A stretch of DNA of 64,000 bases, taken from positions 9,348 to 73,347 of the forward strand of contig CAYYVN010000009.1 of the NCBI GenBank assembly GCA_964475165.1. Direction: 5' to 3'. The position numbers and the translations under genes are program-made. The number at the start of each line of letters is the position of its first letter. Within the stretch, counting starts at the first letter, position 1. The notes below the pieces were generated by a model. The model searched no databases. It worked only from the letters and a program-made list of their open reading frames with translations, and was not told the origin of the DNA. This document shows positions 18,270 to 26,769 of this stretch, piece by piece. This DNA is from an uncultured Verrucomicrobiota bacterium. Its GTDB lineage: Bacteria > Verrucomicrobiota > Kiritimatiellia > JAAZAB01.

Positions 18270-19124
18270 ATGAATAATCCTTATCATAAATTTGTGGCTG
18301 ACTACGCCCGCCTCTTGAAAGAGGCCGAGAGTTATCCTGTGGGCCATGGGGCCATTGAGCCGCGCGGCACTCTGCCGGCGGATGCCCCTGCGGTTTTAAT
18401 CTTTGCGCCGCATCCGGATGATGAATGCTTGATTGGCGCCTTGCCCCTGCGCCTCTTACGCGAGATGAAGATGAAGGTGATCGATGTGGCTGTGACCCTG
18501 GGGAGCCGCAAGGATCGTCAGACCGAGCGCTGGGACGAATTACGCCAGGCTTGCGCCTATCTGGGGTTCGGCGTGCTGACCGTCGGCGAGCGCGGTTTGG
18601 ATAAAATCAATCCGACCACTCGTTCCCAAAGCCCGGAGATCTGGCAGGCAGCGGTGCAGCAGGTGGCCGGTATCTTGGAGCAATATCAGCCGCGCGTGAT
18701 TTTTGCTCCGCATGCCAAGGATTGGCACAGCACGCATATTGGCACGCATTATCTGGTTCAGGACGCCCTCAAGCTTATGGATCCGACCTTTTGTTGTTGG
18801 GTTTGCGAAACGGAATTTTGGGCGCCGCTATCCAATCCTAACTTGATGGTGGAAGTGAGCGTGGCCGATTTGGCCGATCTGGTGGCGGCCATTTCTTTTC
18901 ATGTGGGGGAGGTGCGCCGCAACCCTTATCACTTGCGTCTGCCGGCCTGGATGCAGGATAATGTGCGCCGCGGCGGCGAGCTGGTGGGCGGCCAGGGCGC
19001 CGATGTCCCGGCCTTTGGGTTCGCCACCCTCTATCGGCTTAAGAAATGGGCCAAACGCCGCTCCACTGAGACCGGCAGCAAGTTAGTTTCTTGTAACGAC
19101 TCTCTCGCCGAACTCTTCGGCTGA
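18270..19124 (+). CDS. PIG-L/LmbE-family N-acetylglucosaminyl deacetylase.
   Basis: LIFAPHPDDECLIG... is the zinc-binding HPDDE signature of LmbE/PIG-L. Start at 18270, 12 nt after GGAG. Confidence 0.65.
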   Translation: MNNPYHKFVADYARLLKEAESYPVGHGAIEPRGTLPADAPAVLIFAPHPDDECLIGALPLRLLREMKMKVIDVAVTLGSRKDRQTERWDELRQACAYLGFGVLTVGERGLDKINPTTRSQSPEIWQAAVQQVAGILEQYQPRVIFAPHAKDWHSTHIGTHYLVQDALKLMDPTFCCWVCETEFWAPLSNPNLMVEVSVADLADLVAAISFHVGEVRRNPYHLRLPAWMQDNVRRGGELVGGQGADVPAFGFATLYRLKKWAKRRSTETGSKLVSCNDSLAELFG

Positions 19125-19135
19125 TAGCGGTTACT

Positions 19136-20470
19136 GTGAGTCGCTTTTGCGGAGAATCAGCCGTGGTTGTGCCTGGCTCTGCTTATCGCCTTTTCCTGAT
19201 CTATTTTGTTCCGCTGGCCCTGCAAAGCATGGCCCAGAGCTTAACCTATCCTCTGGTGGCTATGGTGGCCTCGCGCGGTCTGGGCGGGCCGGTGAATATG
19301 GCCGGACTGGCTCAGGCCCATGGAGTTTTTGGCGTGCTCTGGACGCTGAGCATGGGGCTTTTAACTGCCGGCATGGTCTTTGGCCGCTCGCGTGAAGGTT
19401 TTGCCCGTTGTCGCCGCATCAATAATGGGCTGACGCTGGCGATGGTCTTCATCAGTTTATGCCTGATGATGCCGCCGGTGGCCCATCGTCTTTTTCATGC
19501 CTTGCTGGGGCTGCCCCCTTCGATCGAACGCCCGGCCACGCTGGCCTTCATCGCTTCCCTGCCACTCAATGTGCTCTTTTTTCTGCGCACGCCTTATCAG
19601 ATCTTGTTGTTTACCCATAATGCCACCGCCAAGGCTTTTCTGGCCAGCTTAGCGCGTATCGTCTTGACGCTGCTGCTTTCGCCTTTGTTCTGTTGGCTGC
19701 ATGCGGTGGGGCCGGTCTGGGCGACGGTTTGCATGACCATCGGCGTGCTTTTGGAATTATATCTGACGCGTCGTTTTGCCAGGCCCTTTCTCAAGCAACT
19801 GCCAGAGGAGGGGCCGCCGCCGCGCTATACGGAGATCCTGGTCTTTGCCTTGATTCTATCGGTGGGCGCCTTATTTCTTTCCTTATCGGGATTTCTGATG
19901 GGCGCTTTCATCGCGCGCGCGCCTGATCCCGAGCAGGTCTTGCCGGTCTTCTATCTCGTTTTGGGTGTGGCCAATCCGGTGGCCGGTGGCGCCATGCGTA
20001 TTCAAGCTCTGACCCTGACCTATTATGGGCGCTCGCAGCGCGCCAATCAGCAGCTGGTTCGCTTTACGGGTTGGACGGGGCTGGTGTTGGGAGTTTTACC
20101 GCTGCTGCTGTTGGTGCCGGGCTTGAAGGAATGGTATTATATCACCCTCCAAAAATTAAGCGCGGCGGATATGCCATTAGTGCGCGCGGCCTCTTGGGCC
20201 TTGGTGCTTTTTCCGTTGACGGCGGCTTGGCGGGCTTATAGTGAGGGGCAGGCCGCCTGGCTGAAGAAACCCATCATCGTTTTGGCTGGGCAGGCCGTTT
20301 ATCTTTCGGTGGCGGTGGTGGCGGCTTTTTTCGCCTTACATCTGGGTATGTCCGGTCATCTCCTGGGAGCATTTGCCCTGGCGCTGGCCAATGCGGCTGC
20401 CGCGGCCATGGTGCTCTTCGCCATCCGTTGGGAACGGCGCGATGATCTGCCGCCTCCGGCGCCCGGTTAA
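19136..20470 (+). CDS. Polytopic membrane protein, MOP-superfamily-like (MATE/Wzx-type transporter or flippase).
   Basis: 444 aa, about 12 hydrophobic segments arranged in two halves, short loops. GTG start 12 nt after the LmbE stop, so likely co-transcribed. The family call rests on topology only. Confidence 0.35.
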   Translation: MSRFCGESAVVVPGSAYRLFLIYFVPLALQSMAQSLTYPLVAMVASRGLGGPVNMAGLAQAHGVFGVLWTLSMGLLTAGMVFGRSREGFARCRRINNGLTLAMVFISLCLMMPPVAHRLFHALLGLPPSIERPATLAFIASLPLNVLFFLRTPYQILLFTHNATAKAFLASLARIVLTLLLSPLFCWLHAVGPVWATVCMTIGVLLELYLTRRFARPFLKQLPEEGPPPRYTEILVFALILSVGALFLSLSGFLMGAFIARAPDPEQVLPVFYLVLGVANPVAGGAMRIQALTLTYYGRSQRANQQLVRFTGWTGLVLGVLPLLLLVPGLKEWYYITLQKLSAADMPLVRAASWALVLFPLTAAWRAYSEGQAAWLKKPIIVLAGQAVYLSVAVVAAFFALHLGMSGHLLGAFALALANAAAAAMVLFAIRWERRDDLPPPAPG

Positions 20471-20474
20471 AGCA

Positions 20475-21125
20475 TCAGGGCGCCGTTGGTGGCGCTTGTT
20501 GGCGGAGGTATGCTTTGCGGCGGTTGATCGTTTGGGCGTCGCTGAAGCCACTGCCATCGGAATCGGCGCGCTGGGGATCAGTGTGCCAGAGCATGATCTC
20601 ATCGTAGTCAGAGACGCCATCGCCATCGCTATCGTTGGCCACCGTCAGGGTCACCTGGATGGCCCCGCTTTGCCCGAGGGGCAGAGAGGCATTATTGGCG
20701 AAGAGCAACGCGCCGCTGCCGCGCGCCACCACAGTGGTTTCGCGGCCCACCCGGATGACCTGGGCGCTGAGGTAATCATTGGTATGATAATGCACCTTCA
20801 TCAGCAAGGCGTTGGCGGGCGCCTCGATTCCCAGATGACCCTTGATGATTTGCGGGTTGCCCTCAGGTCCATAATCGTTAAAGGAATCATTCCACTGCCC
20901 CTCGGCTCGACAATGAATGATCTGGCCGCGGCGCGCCTGCAGGCCGCTATTTTGCCAGCCGGCTTGAGCGGCCTGCACAAAGAAGACCACTTCCATGGGC
21001 GGCTGCGGCTGAGTGGGCAGGCTCTGGCAGCCGCATAGCCCCAGGCCGAGCAGACAACTGAGGAGCGCCAAGCGGCCCCGGGCGCGCTTTTGCTGGGCGG
21101 ATAAATTATCCATTTTTACGCTCAA
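20475..21125 (-). CDS. Putative lipoprotein with calcium-binding aspartate-rich repeats.
   Basis: Signal/lipobox-like N-terminus (RLALLSCLLGLGLCGC). The C-terminus has ...NDSDGDGVSDYDE...DPQRADSDGSGFSD, thrombospondin-type-3-like Ca-binding motifs. Confidence 0.45.
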   Translation of the reverse strand: MSVKMDNLSAQQKRARGRLALLSCLLGLGLCGCQSLPTQPQPPMEVVFFVQAAQAGWQNSGLQARRGQIIHCRAEGQWNDSFNDYGPEGNPQIIKGHLGIEAPANALLMKVHYHTNDYLSAQVIRVGRETTVVARGSGALLFANNASLPLGQSGAIQVTLTVANDSDGDGVSDYDEIMLWHTDPQRADSDGSGFSDAQTINRRKAYLRQQAPPTAP

Positions 21126-22179
21126 AATCCCGCATGAAGTCGGCCAGGACTTCCGCGCCCTCCATGGGGAAGGCGTTATAGATGGAGGCGCGAATGCCGC
21201 CCACTGAACGATGGCCCTTGAGGCCTTTGAGCCCTTGCTGGGTGGCTTCCTGGATGAAGCGCGCTTCCAGACTCTCGCTGGGTAGACGGAAGGTAATATT
21301 CATGTCGGAACGATAGTCCTTGGCCGCCGTGCCGCGATAGAAGGCGCCGCTATCGATCACCGCATAGATTTTGCGCGCCTTCTCCACATTCCTTTGATAG
21401 ACCTTCGGGAGCCCTGTCTTGAGGAGCAGGCGTGAGGTCAGCATCATAAGATAAATGCTGAAACAAGGCGGAGTGTTGTAGAGCGAGTTTTCCTTGATGA
21501 AGGTTTTATATTTCAAGATGGCCGGGATCTTTTCCGCGGCGCGCTCCGCCAGGCTGCGCTGGATCACCACCAGGGCCAATCCGGCCGGCCCCAGGTTTTT
21601 CTGGGCGCCCGCATAAAGCAGAGCGAATTGATTGATATCTATGGGCCGCGAAAGGATATCCGAGGACATATCCGCCACTAGGGGAGCCTCCGTTGCGGGA
21701 AAGGTTTTCCATTGGGCGCCGGAAATCGTTTCATTGGAGGTGATATGCACATAGGCCGCACCCGCGGTCAGTTTCAATTCGGCGGCGGCGGGCATGCGCG
21801 CGGGTAAGTCCTTACTGCAATCGGCGGCCACATTAACCTTGCCGATGACTTGCGCTTCCTTGATGGCCTTGCCGGCCCAGGCCCCCGAATTAACATAGTC
21901 CGCCGTCTGACCGGCACCCAGAAAGTTCAAGGGTAACATGGCGAATTGCAGACTGGCCCCGCCCGCGATGAAGAGCACCTCATAATCAGCCGAGCAGTTG
22001 AGCAGTTTTTTGTAATTGGCCACCGCTTCTGAGTGTACGGCATCATATTCTTTGGCACGATGACTGCTCTCCAGCAGCGAGATGCCCGAGCCCTGGAAAT
22101 CCAGCAGTTCGGCTTGGGCTTCGGCGAGCACTTCCTGCGGTAAAATGGCTGGTCCGGCATTAAAATTATAGATACGCGT
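21106..22179 (-). CDS. serC: Phosphoserine aminotransferase.
   Basis: MTRIYNFNAGPAILPQEVL...; class-V aminotransferase typical of SerC. Start at 22179. The track ORF runs to 22275. Confidence 0.85.
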   Translation of the reverse strand, partial: TRIYNFNAGPAILPQEVLAEAQAELLDFQGSGISLLESSHRAKEYDAVHSEAVANYKKLLNCSADYEVLFIAGGASLQFAMLPLNFLGAGQTADYVNSGAWAGKAIKEAQVIGKVNVAADCSKDLPARMPAAAELKLTAGAAYVHITSNETISGAQWKTFPATEAPLVADMSSDILSRPIDINQFALLYAGAQKNLGPAGLALVVIQRSLAERAAEKIPAILKYKTFIKENSLYNTPPCFSIYLMMLTSRLLLKTGLPKVYQRNVEKARKIYAVIDSGAFYRGTAAKDYRSDMNITFRLPSESLEARFIQEATQQGLKGLKGHRSVGGIRASIYNAFPMEGAEVLADFMRDFERKNG

Positions 22180-22358
22180 CATCTCAAAACCTCCTCTTGC
22201 TATTGGATAAAAGACCCACAGCTTCTGCTGTAGTCTGGGATAGGCAATATAGAATGGTTGGCGCCGGCCTGGCAAGCATAATAGAGGGCACGCTCCATCC
22301 CCCGGCTAGGCTTTTCCGGGGTGCCGCCAGCAGAAACTTAAGCCCCCGAGGCATTATC

Positions 22359-22387
22359 TTGACAGATCGCCGCCCCTGGAGTATGGT
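22359..22387 (+). promoter_or_regulatory. Near-consensus sigma70-type promoter upstream of tRNA-Thr and rpoD.
   Basis: TTGACA (22359-22364), a 17-nt spacer, then TATGGT (22382-22387). The tRNA 5' end is 19 nt downstream. Confidence 0.45.
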
Positions 22388-22405
22388 GAATCGTTTTTTT
22401 TTATT

Positions 22406-22478
22406 GCCAACGTAGCTCAGCTGGTAGAGCAGCGCATTCGTAATGCGCGGGTCGGCGGTTCGATCCCGCCCGTTGGCT
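22406..22478 (+). tRNA. tRNA-Thr, anticodon CGU.
   Basis: Acceptor GCCAACG/CGTTGGC, D-arm AGCTCAGCTGGTAGAGC, anticodon stem-loop GCGCA-TTCGTAA-TGCGC, T-arm GGCGG-TTCGATC-CCGCC. Confidence 0.85.
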
Positions 22479-22583
22479 TGGGGGTGCGTGGCGCTCCATG
22501 CCTGGCTCGATCAGGCCCGGTGGCGAAAGATGGGTGCGCCGAAAAATAGGAAACCGGTGCTGCCTGGCCGGAGCGGATGTTTT

Positions 22584-24542
22584 ATGAAATCTCGAAAGCC
22601 TAAAGCCCGAACCAAAGCCTCGCCTAAACGCCAATCGCCCGCTCGTTCCGCAGCCGCTGGGCGGTCGAAAAAAACCACCCGCGCGCCTTCGCGCCCCGCC
22701 AAGCCGGCCGCCTCACGCGCCGCTAAGCCGGCCGCCTCACGCGCCGTCAAGCCAGCCGCCTCGCGCGCCGCCAAGCCAGCCGCCTCGCGCGCCGCCAAGC
22801 CAGCCGCTTCGCGCGCCGTTAAGGCCCCCGCGCCGCGGGCGACGAAACGCTCGGAGCGGCATACGCCCTTTAAGGATCTCGATAATATCCACCCCCAGAT
22901 TCGCGTTAAGATGAGCAGCGAGGAGCTCCAGAGTAAAATGAAGGAGCTGATGAAGCTGGCGCGCGATCAGGGCTACCTGACCGATCAGGATATCCACGAA
23001 TGCCTGCCCACCAACTTGATCGATCCGGACGAGATCGAAGGTTTCATCCTGCTCCTGCGCGGCATGGATATTGAAGTGATCGATGCGGCCAGCGTGGAAC
23101 AGTTCAAGAAACAAGCCGAGAAGGATGCGCGCGCTGAGCAGGCTAAATCCTTTGAGGTCATGGATGATCCCATCCGGACCTACCTGCATCAGATGGGGCA
23201 GGTGCCCTTGTTGACGCGCAGCCAGGAGGTGGAAATATGCAAGCGCATTGAAGAGGCCGAAATCAATTCGCGCGCCATCTTCAAGCAGTTTGGCTTCTCA
23301 CTGGAAGCATACCTAAACCTGGTTGAGCGTCTCGAAAGCAATCGCGAACGCTTCGATCGGATTATTATGGATAAGCATGCTGAGGGTCGCAATAAGTATG
23401 TGCGCGCCTTGGCCAAGCAGAAGAAGAAAGTGCGCGATACTCACAAAAAAATGAGCGCGATCTTTCGCCGCATCTGCCAATGCCGCGGCAATGAAAAAAA
23501 GATCCAGCGCCATCAAAAACATTATCTGAAGGCGCAGCAGCAATATTCCCGCCAATTGGATGGTTTCTATTTTAAGCAGAAGGCCATCGAGGATTTCGTA
23601 GTCGTGGCCGATCATTATTACCAGCGTTTTGCGGCCGAGACAGCTCTCATTAAGCGTTTGAGCTCGGGGCGCAGCGCCAAAAACCCGGCCAACCAGGCTA
23701 AACTGCGTGCCGCGCGGCGGCGGCTGCGCGAGCTGGAAGCCGCCTTGCTGATGGATGGGGCCACCTTCGAAACGCAGTATCGCGAGTTGAAATCCTGGTT
23801 GAAAAAGGGCCAGAAGGCGCGCACCGAAATGGCCGAAGCCAACCTGCGCTTAGTCATCAGTATCGTTAAAAAATATATGAACCGTGGCCTGATGTTTCTG
23901 GATCTCATTCAGGAGGGCAATACGGGGCTGATGCGCGCGGTGGAAAAATTTGAATACAAGCGCGGCTATAAGTTCAGCACCTATGCCACCTGGTGGATTC
24001 GCCAGGCGGCCACGCGGGCCATCGCCGATCAGGCGCGGACCATTCGCATCCCCGTGCACATGATCGAAAACATCAATAAGTTGGTGCGCGTGCAAAAACT
24101 GCTCTTGCAGGATTTAGGACGAGAACCCACTCCGGAAGAGGTGGCCAACGAAGTGGAAATGCCCGTCGAACGCGTCAAGGAAATCTTCAAGATGTCGCAA
24201 CAGCCGATTTCCTTGCAGGCCACCGTCGGCGATAGCGATGATGCCTATTACGGCGATTTTATCGAAGATAAATCAGCCGAAAATCCTTCGGAAATGACGG
24301 CCTATAGCCTGCTCAGGGAACGGCTCCAGGAGGTTATCAAAACCCTTTCGGAGCGTGAGCAGAAGGTGCTCCGCTTGCGTTTCGGATTGGATGATGGTTG
24401 CCCACGCACCCTGGAAGAAGTGGGCTCCATGTTCACCGTCACCCGCGAGCGTATTCGCCAAATCGAAGCCAAGGCGCTGCGCAAGCTGCGCCATCCCACC
24501 CGCTTGCAGAAACTGGAAGGGTTTCTGGAAGTTAAAGATTAA
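22584..24542 (+). CDS. rpoD: RNA polymerase sigma-70 factor RpoD with a basic AKPAASRA-repeat N-terminal extension.
   Basis: Regions 2-4 are clear ([34 protein letters not shown]; [28 protein letters not shown]). ATG at 22584 with GGAG upstream. The track ORF starts at 22443, inside the tRNA, which is not plausible. Confidence 0.85.
   Translation: MKSRKPKARTKASPKRQSPARSAAAGRSKKTTRAPSRPAKPAASRAAKPAASRAVKPAASRAAKPAASRAAKPAASRAVKAPAPRATKRSERHTPFKDLDNIHPQIRVKMSSEELQSKMKELMKLARDQGYLTDQDIHECLPTNLIDPDEIEGFILLLRGMDIEVIDAASVEQFKKQAEKDARAEQAKSFEVMDDPIRTYLHQMGQVPLLTRSQEVEICKRIEEAEINSRAIFKQFGFSLEAYLNLVERLESNRERFDRIIMDKHAEGRNKYVRALAKQKKKVRDTHKKMSAIFRRICQCRGNEKKIQRHQKHYLKAQQQYSRQLDGFYFKQKAIEDFVVVADHYYQRFAAETALIKRLSSGRSAKNPANQAKLRAARRRLRELEAALLMDGATFETQYRELKSWLKKGQKARTEMAEANLRLVISIVKKYMNRGLMFLDLIQEGNTGLMRAVEKFEYKRGYKFSTYATWWIRQAATRAIADQARTIRIPVHMIENINKLVRVQKLLLQDLGREPTPEEVANEVEMPVERVKEIFKMSQQPISLQATVGDSDDAYYGDFIEDKSAENPSEMTAYSLLRERLQEVIKTLSEREQKVLRLRFGLDDGCPRTLEEVGSMFTVTRERIRQIEAKALRKLRHPTRLQKLEGFLEVKD
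22698..22817 (+). repeat. Five 24-bp in-frame tandem repeats encoding (AKPAASRA)x5 within rpoD.
   Basis: The unit gcN-aag-ccR-gcc-gcc-tcR-cgc-gcc is repeated five times with silent or conservative changes. Confidence 0.8.
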
Positions 24543-24564
24543 GCTCCGCGCCGGATAGGCGCGC

Positions 24565-25002
24565 CTATACATCCACCACGCATTGCGCCAGCCAGCGCTG
24601 GGGGTTCTCCTGGACCACTTTCAGCTCGGCATAGGTAGCCGCCTTGACCTCAAGGCCGCGGGCGCTCGGGGGCAGTCGACTGATCAGTTCGCCCCGGGCC
24701 AGGCCCTGTAAATTATGGCCCTCAATGGTCACCTGAAAATGGCCAAAGAGCATTTCGGCGACGGCCATGGCGTAGATCACGCTATTGAGCCAGTCGATGA
24801 ATAATTGTTCCCTTGCGTCCGCCTGGCAAACCAGGGGCCGCGCCTGCTGTGCTGGGATCTGGCAAGGATCGATGAGCACGGCCGTCAGGGCCAGGGCCGC
24901 CTGTTCGAAAGCCTGCTCCAGAGTGCGGCCGATGCCGCGCACACCGATATCCGCCTGGTGTTCAAAATGTTCCCAATAGCAGGCTGGGGGAGGTACAGGC
25001 AT
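24565..25002 (-). CDS. Archease.
   Basis: 145 aa. The N-terminal YWEHFEHQADIGVRGIG matches the archease F-x-H-T/Q-AD-x-G-x-R signature. Confidence 0.6.
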   Translation of the reverse strand: MPVPPPACYWEHFEHQADIGVRGIGRTLEQAFEQAALALTAVLIDPCQIPAQQARPLVCQADAREQLFIDWLNSVIYAMAVAEMLFGHFQVTIEGHNLQGLARGELISRLPPSARGLEVKAATYAELKVVQENPQRWLAQCVVDV

Positions 25003-25137
25003 TCTTTATCCGTTCTCCAGGGGGCGGCAGGCAGTTCCGGGATGCTGCTTTTCGGAGCGCCCCGCCGCACAATTATAAAATCATGGCTTGCTTCGAGCTG
25101 CTCTGCTCACTAGGATACTGGTTCAAGAGGAGTTGTC

Positions 25138-25752
25138 ATGCTTAAAGTTATGCTCATGCTAACGCTGCTCTTCGGTATCTTGACTGCGGATGGCTCCGCA
25201 CAGGTGAAGAGAAAAATCGTCACTTCCACTCTAGCTCGTCAGGCCAAAGATCTCTCCCGCGCTCAAAGCTTGGAACGGGCCAGGAGTGGCACTAATAAGG
25301 ATCTGCGCGGAACTAAATTAAACGAAGTTAATTTGAGCGGAGCCCTCCTTTTCTCAGCGGATCTCAGCGAGGCCAATTTACAAAAAACCCTCTTGAGTAA
25401 TGCCCGCCTGAGCCGCGCCAACTTAAGCGGCGCCAATCTTGAGGGCGCGCTCTTGAATGGTGCGGATCTCAATAGCGCCCGATTGGTGCAGGCCAACTTA
25501 AGCGGCGCCGATCTGACCGGTGCCAATCTCAATAACGCTGATCTGGCCGGCGCCAATTTAAGGCAGGCTAATCTGCAGCAAGCCATCCTGACCGGCGCCA
25601 ATTTGAAGCAAGCTAACTTAAGCGAAGCTAATTTATTGGGCGCGCAGCTCGAGGGAGCCTTGACCAATGGGGCTGTTTTTGAGAGCGCCATCCTGCCGGA
25701 TGCGGAGCTAGCGCCGGCGGTGGATGGGCTGCCACGGCTCAATGAACAGTAA
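25138..25752 (+). CDS. Secreted pentapeptide-repeat protein.
   Basis: Signal peptide [21 protein letters not shown], followed by about 30 A(N/D)LxxA(N/D)Lxx pentapeptide repeats. Confidence 0.8.
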   Translation: MLKVMLMLTLLFGILTADGSAQVKRKIVTSTLARQAKDLSRAQSLERARSGTNKDLRGTKLNEVNLSGALLFSADLSEANLQKTLLSNARLSRANLSGANLEGALLNGADLNSARLVQANLSGADLTGANLNNADLAGANLRQANLQQAILTGANLKQANLSEANLLGAQLEGALTNGAVFESAILPDAELAPAVDGLPRLNEQ

Positions 25753-25832
25753 TCGGGCCGGCGCTTGTCTCATGGGAGAGTGGGGGCGCGGGCCCCTCCG
25801 AGAGGGATAAACAAATATGGAAAGGGCATCCT

Positions 25833-26009
25833 ATGCAACGCTATCTATGTAATGTATGTGGCTATATCTATGATCCGCGCCAGGGCGATCCTGAACATGG
25901 AATTCAGCCGGGAGTCAGCTTCGCCGATCTGCCGGATGATTGGGTCTGCCCCGAGTGCGGAGTAGGTAAGGATGAGTTTTCGCCGGTGCCCGATAACCAA
26001 CCGGCCTGA
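25833..26009 (+). CDS. Rubredoxin. 58 aa, below the ORF-track cutoff.
   Basis: [49 protein letters not shown]... has both CxxCG and CPxCG iron-binding knuckles. It ends 36 nt upstream of rubrerythrin. Confidence 0.85.
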   Translation: MQRYLCNVCGYIYDPRQGDPEHGIQPGVSFADLPDDWVCPECGVGKDEFSPVPDNQPA

Positions 26010-26044
26010 TGGACAGCGAACAGCTTGTATAAGGAGGTAATGTT

Positions 26045-26617
26045 ATGGAACTTAAAGGTAGCCAGACCGAACGCAATATCATGACGGCCTTTGCGTTGGA
26101 ATCGCAAGCGCGCAACCGCTACAACTTTTATGCTGGCCAGGCGCGTAAAGATGGGTTCGTGCAGATCAGCTATATTTTTGAGGAAACCGCTAATCAGGAA
26201 AAAGAGCATGCCAAGCGTCTCTTCAAATTACTGCCGGGCGGCGAGGTCACAATCCAGGAGGCTTTCCCGGCTGGAGTCATCGGTCCGACGCTGCAGAATC
26301 TCAATGCGGCGGCGGCGGGCGAATTGCATGAGTGGAGCAAGATGTATCCCAATTTTGCCCAAGTGGCTCGCCAGGAAGGCTTTGAAGAAATCGCCAAGAT
26401 TTTTGAGGCCGTGGCCATTGCCGAACGCCAACACGAAAAACGCTACCGCGGTTTGGCCGCCAATGTGGAGGCCGGCAGCGTATTCCAAAAGAATCAAGAG
26501 GTCGTTTGGCGCTGCCGGAATTGCGGCTATCTGCATAAGGGCTTAGAAGCGCCGCAGATGTGTCCGGCCTGCGCTCATCCCCAGGCTCATTTTGAGCTGC
26601 TGTGCGAAAACTGGTGA
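26045..26617 (+). CDS. rbr: Rubrerythrin.
   Basis: 190 aa. Ferritin-like diiron domain (E..E..H motifs: NQEKEHAKRLF, AIAERQHEKRY) plus a C-terminal rubredoxin-like CRNCGY...CPACAHP. Confidence 0.85.
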   Translation: MELKGSQTERNIMTAFALESQARNRYNFYAGQARKDGFVQISYIFEETANQEKEHAKRLFKLLPGGEVTIQEAFPAGVIGPTLQNLNAAAAGELHEWSKMYPNFAQVARQEGFEEIAKIFEAVAIAERQHEKRYRGLAANVEAGSVFQKNQEVVWRCRNCGYLHKGLEAPQMCPACAHPQAHFELLCENW

Positions 26618-26769
26618 GTCGCGCCGACGCCGCCATGTACTGCGGAGCTCGTTGCGCTCTCTGCCTCATGGGGGGCTGCCGTGCCTCGGCCGCCCCGGCA
26701 ATCCCGCCGGAGGAAGGGCGCGCTTGATCCCGACTAGGAAAGCTAACCAAGATATAGGAACTAAATTCA

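Noticed and set aside
19136-19228. Alternative later start (MAQSLTYPLVAM) for the flippase-like gene.
   Set aside because: Either start is possible. The GTG at 19136 lies 12 nt after the upstream stop and keeps the first hydrophobic segment. I kept the longer form but with low confidence on the start.
22443-22583. N-terminal extension of the rpoD ORF as listed in the track.
   Set aside because: It would begin inside tRNA-Thr. A well-placed ATG with GGAG is present at 22584.
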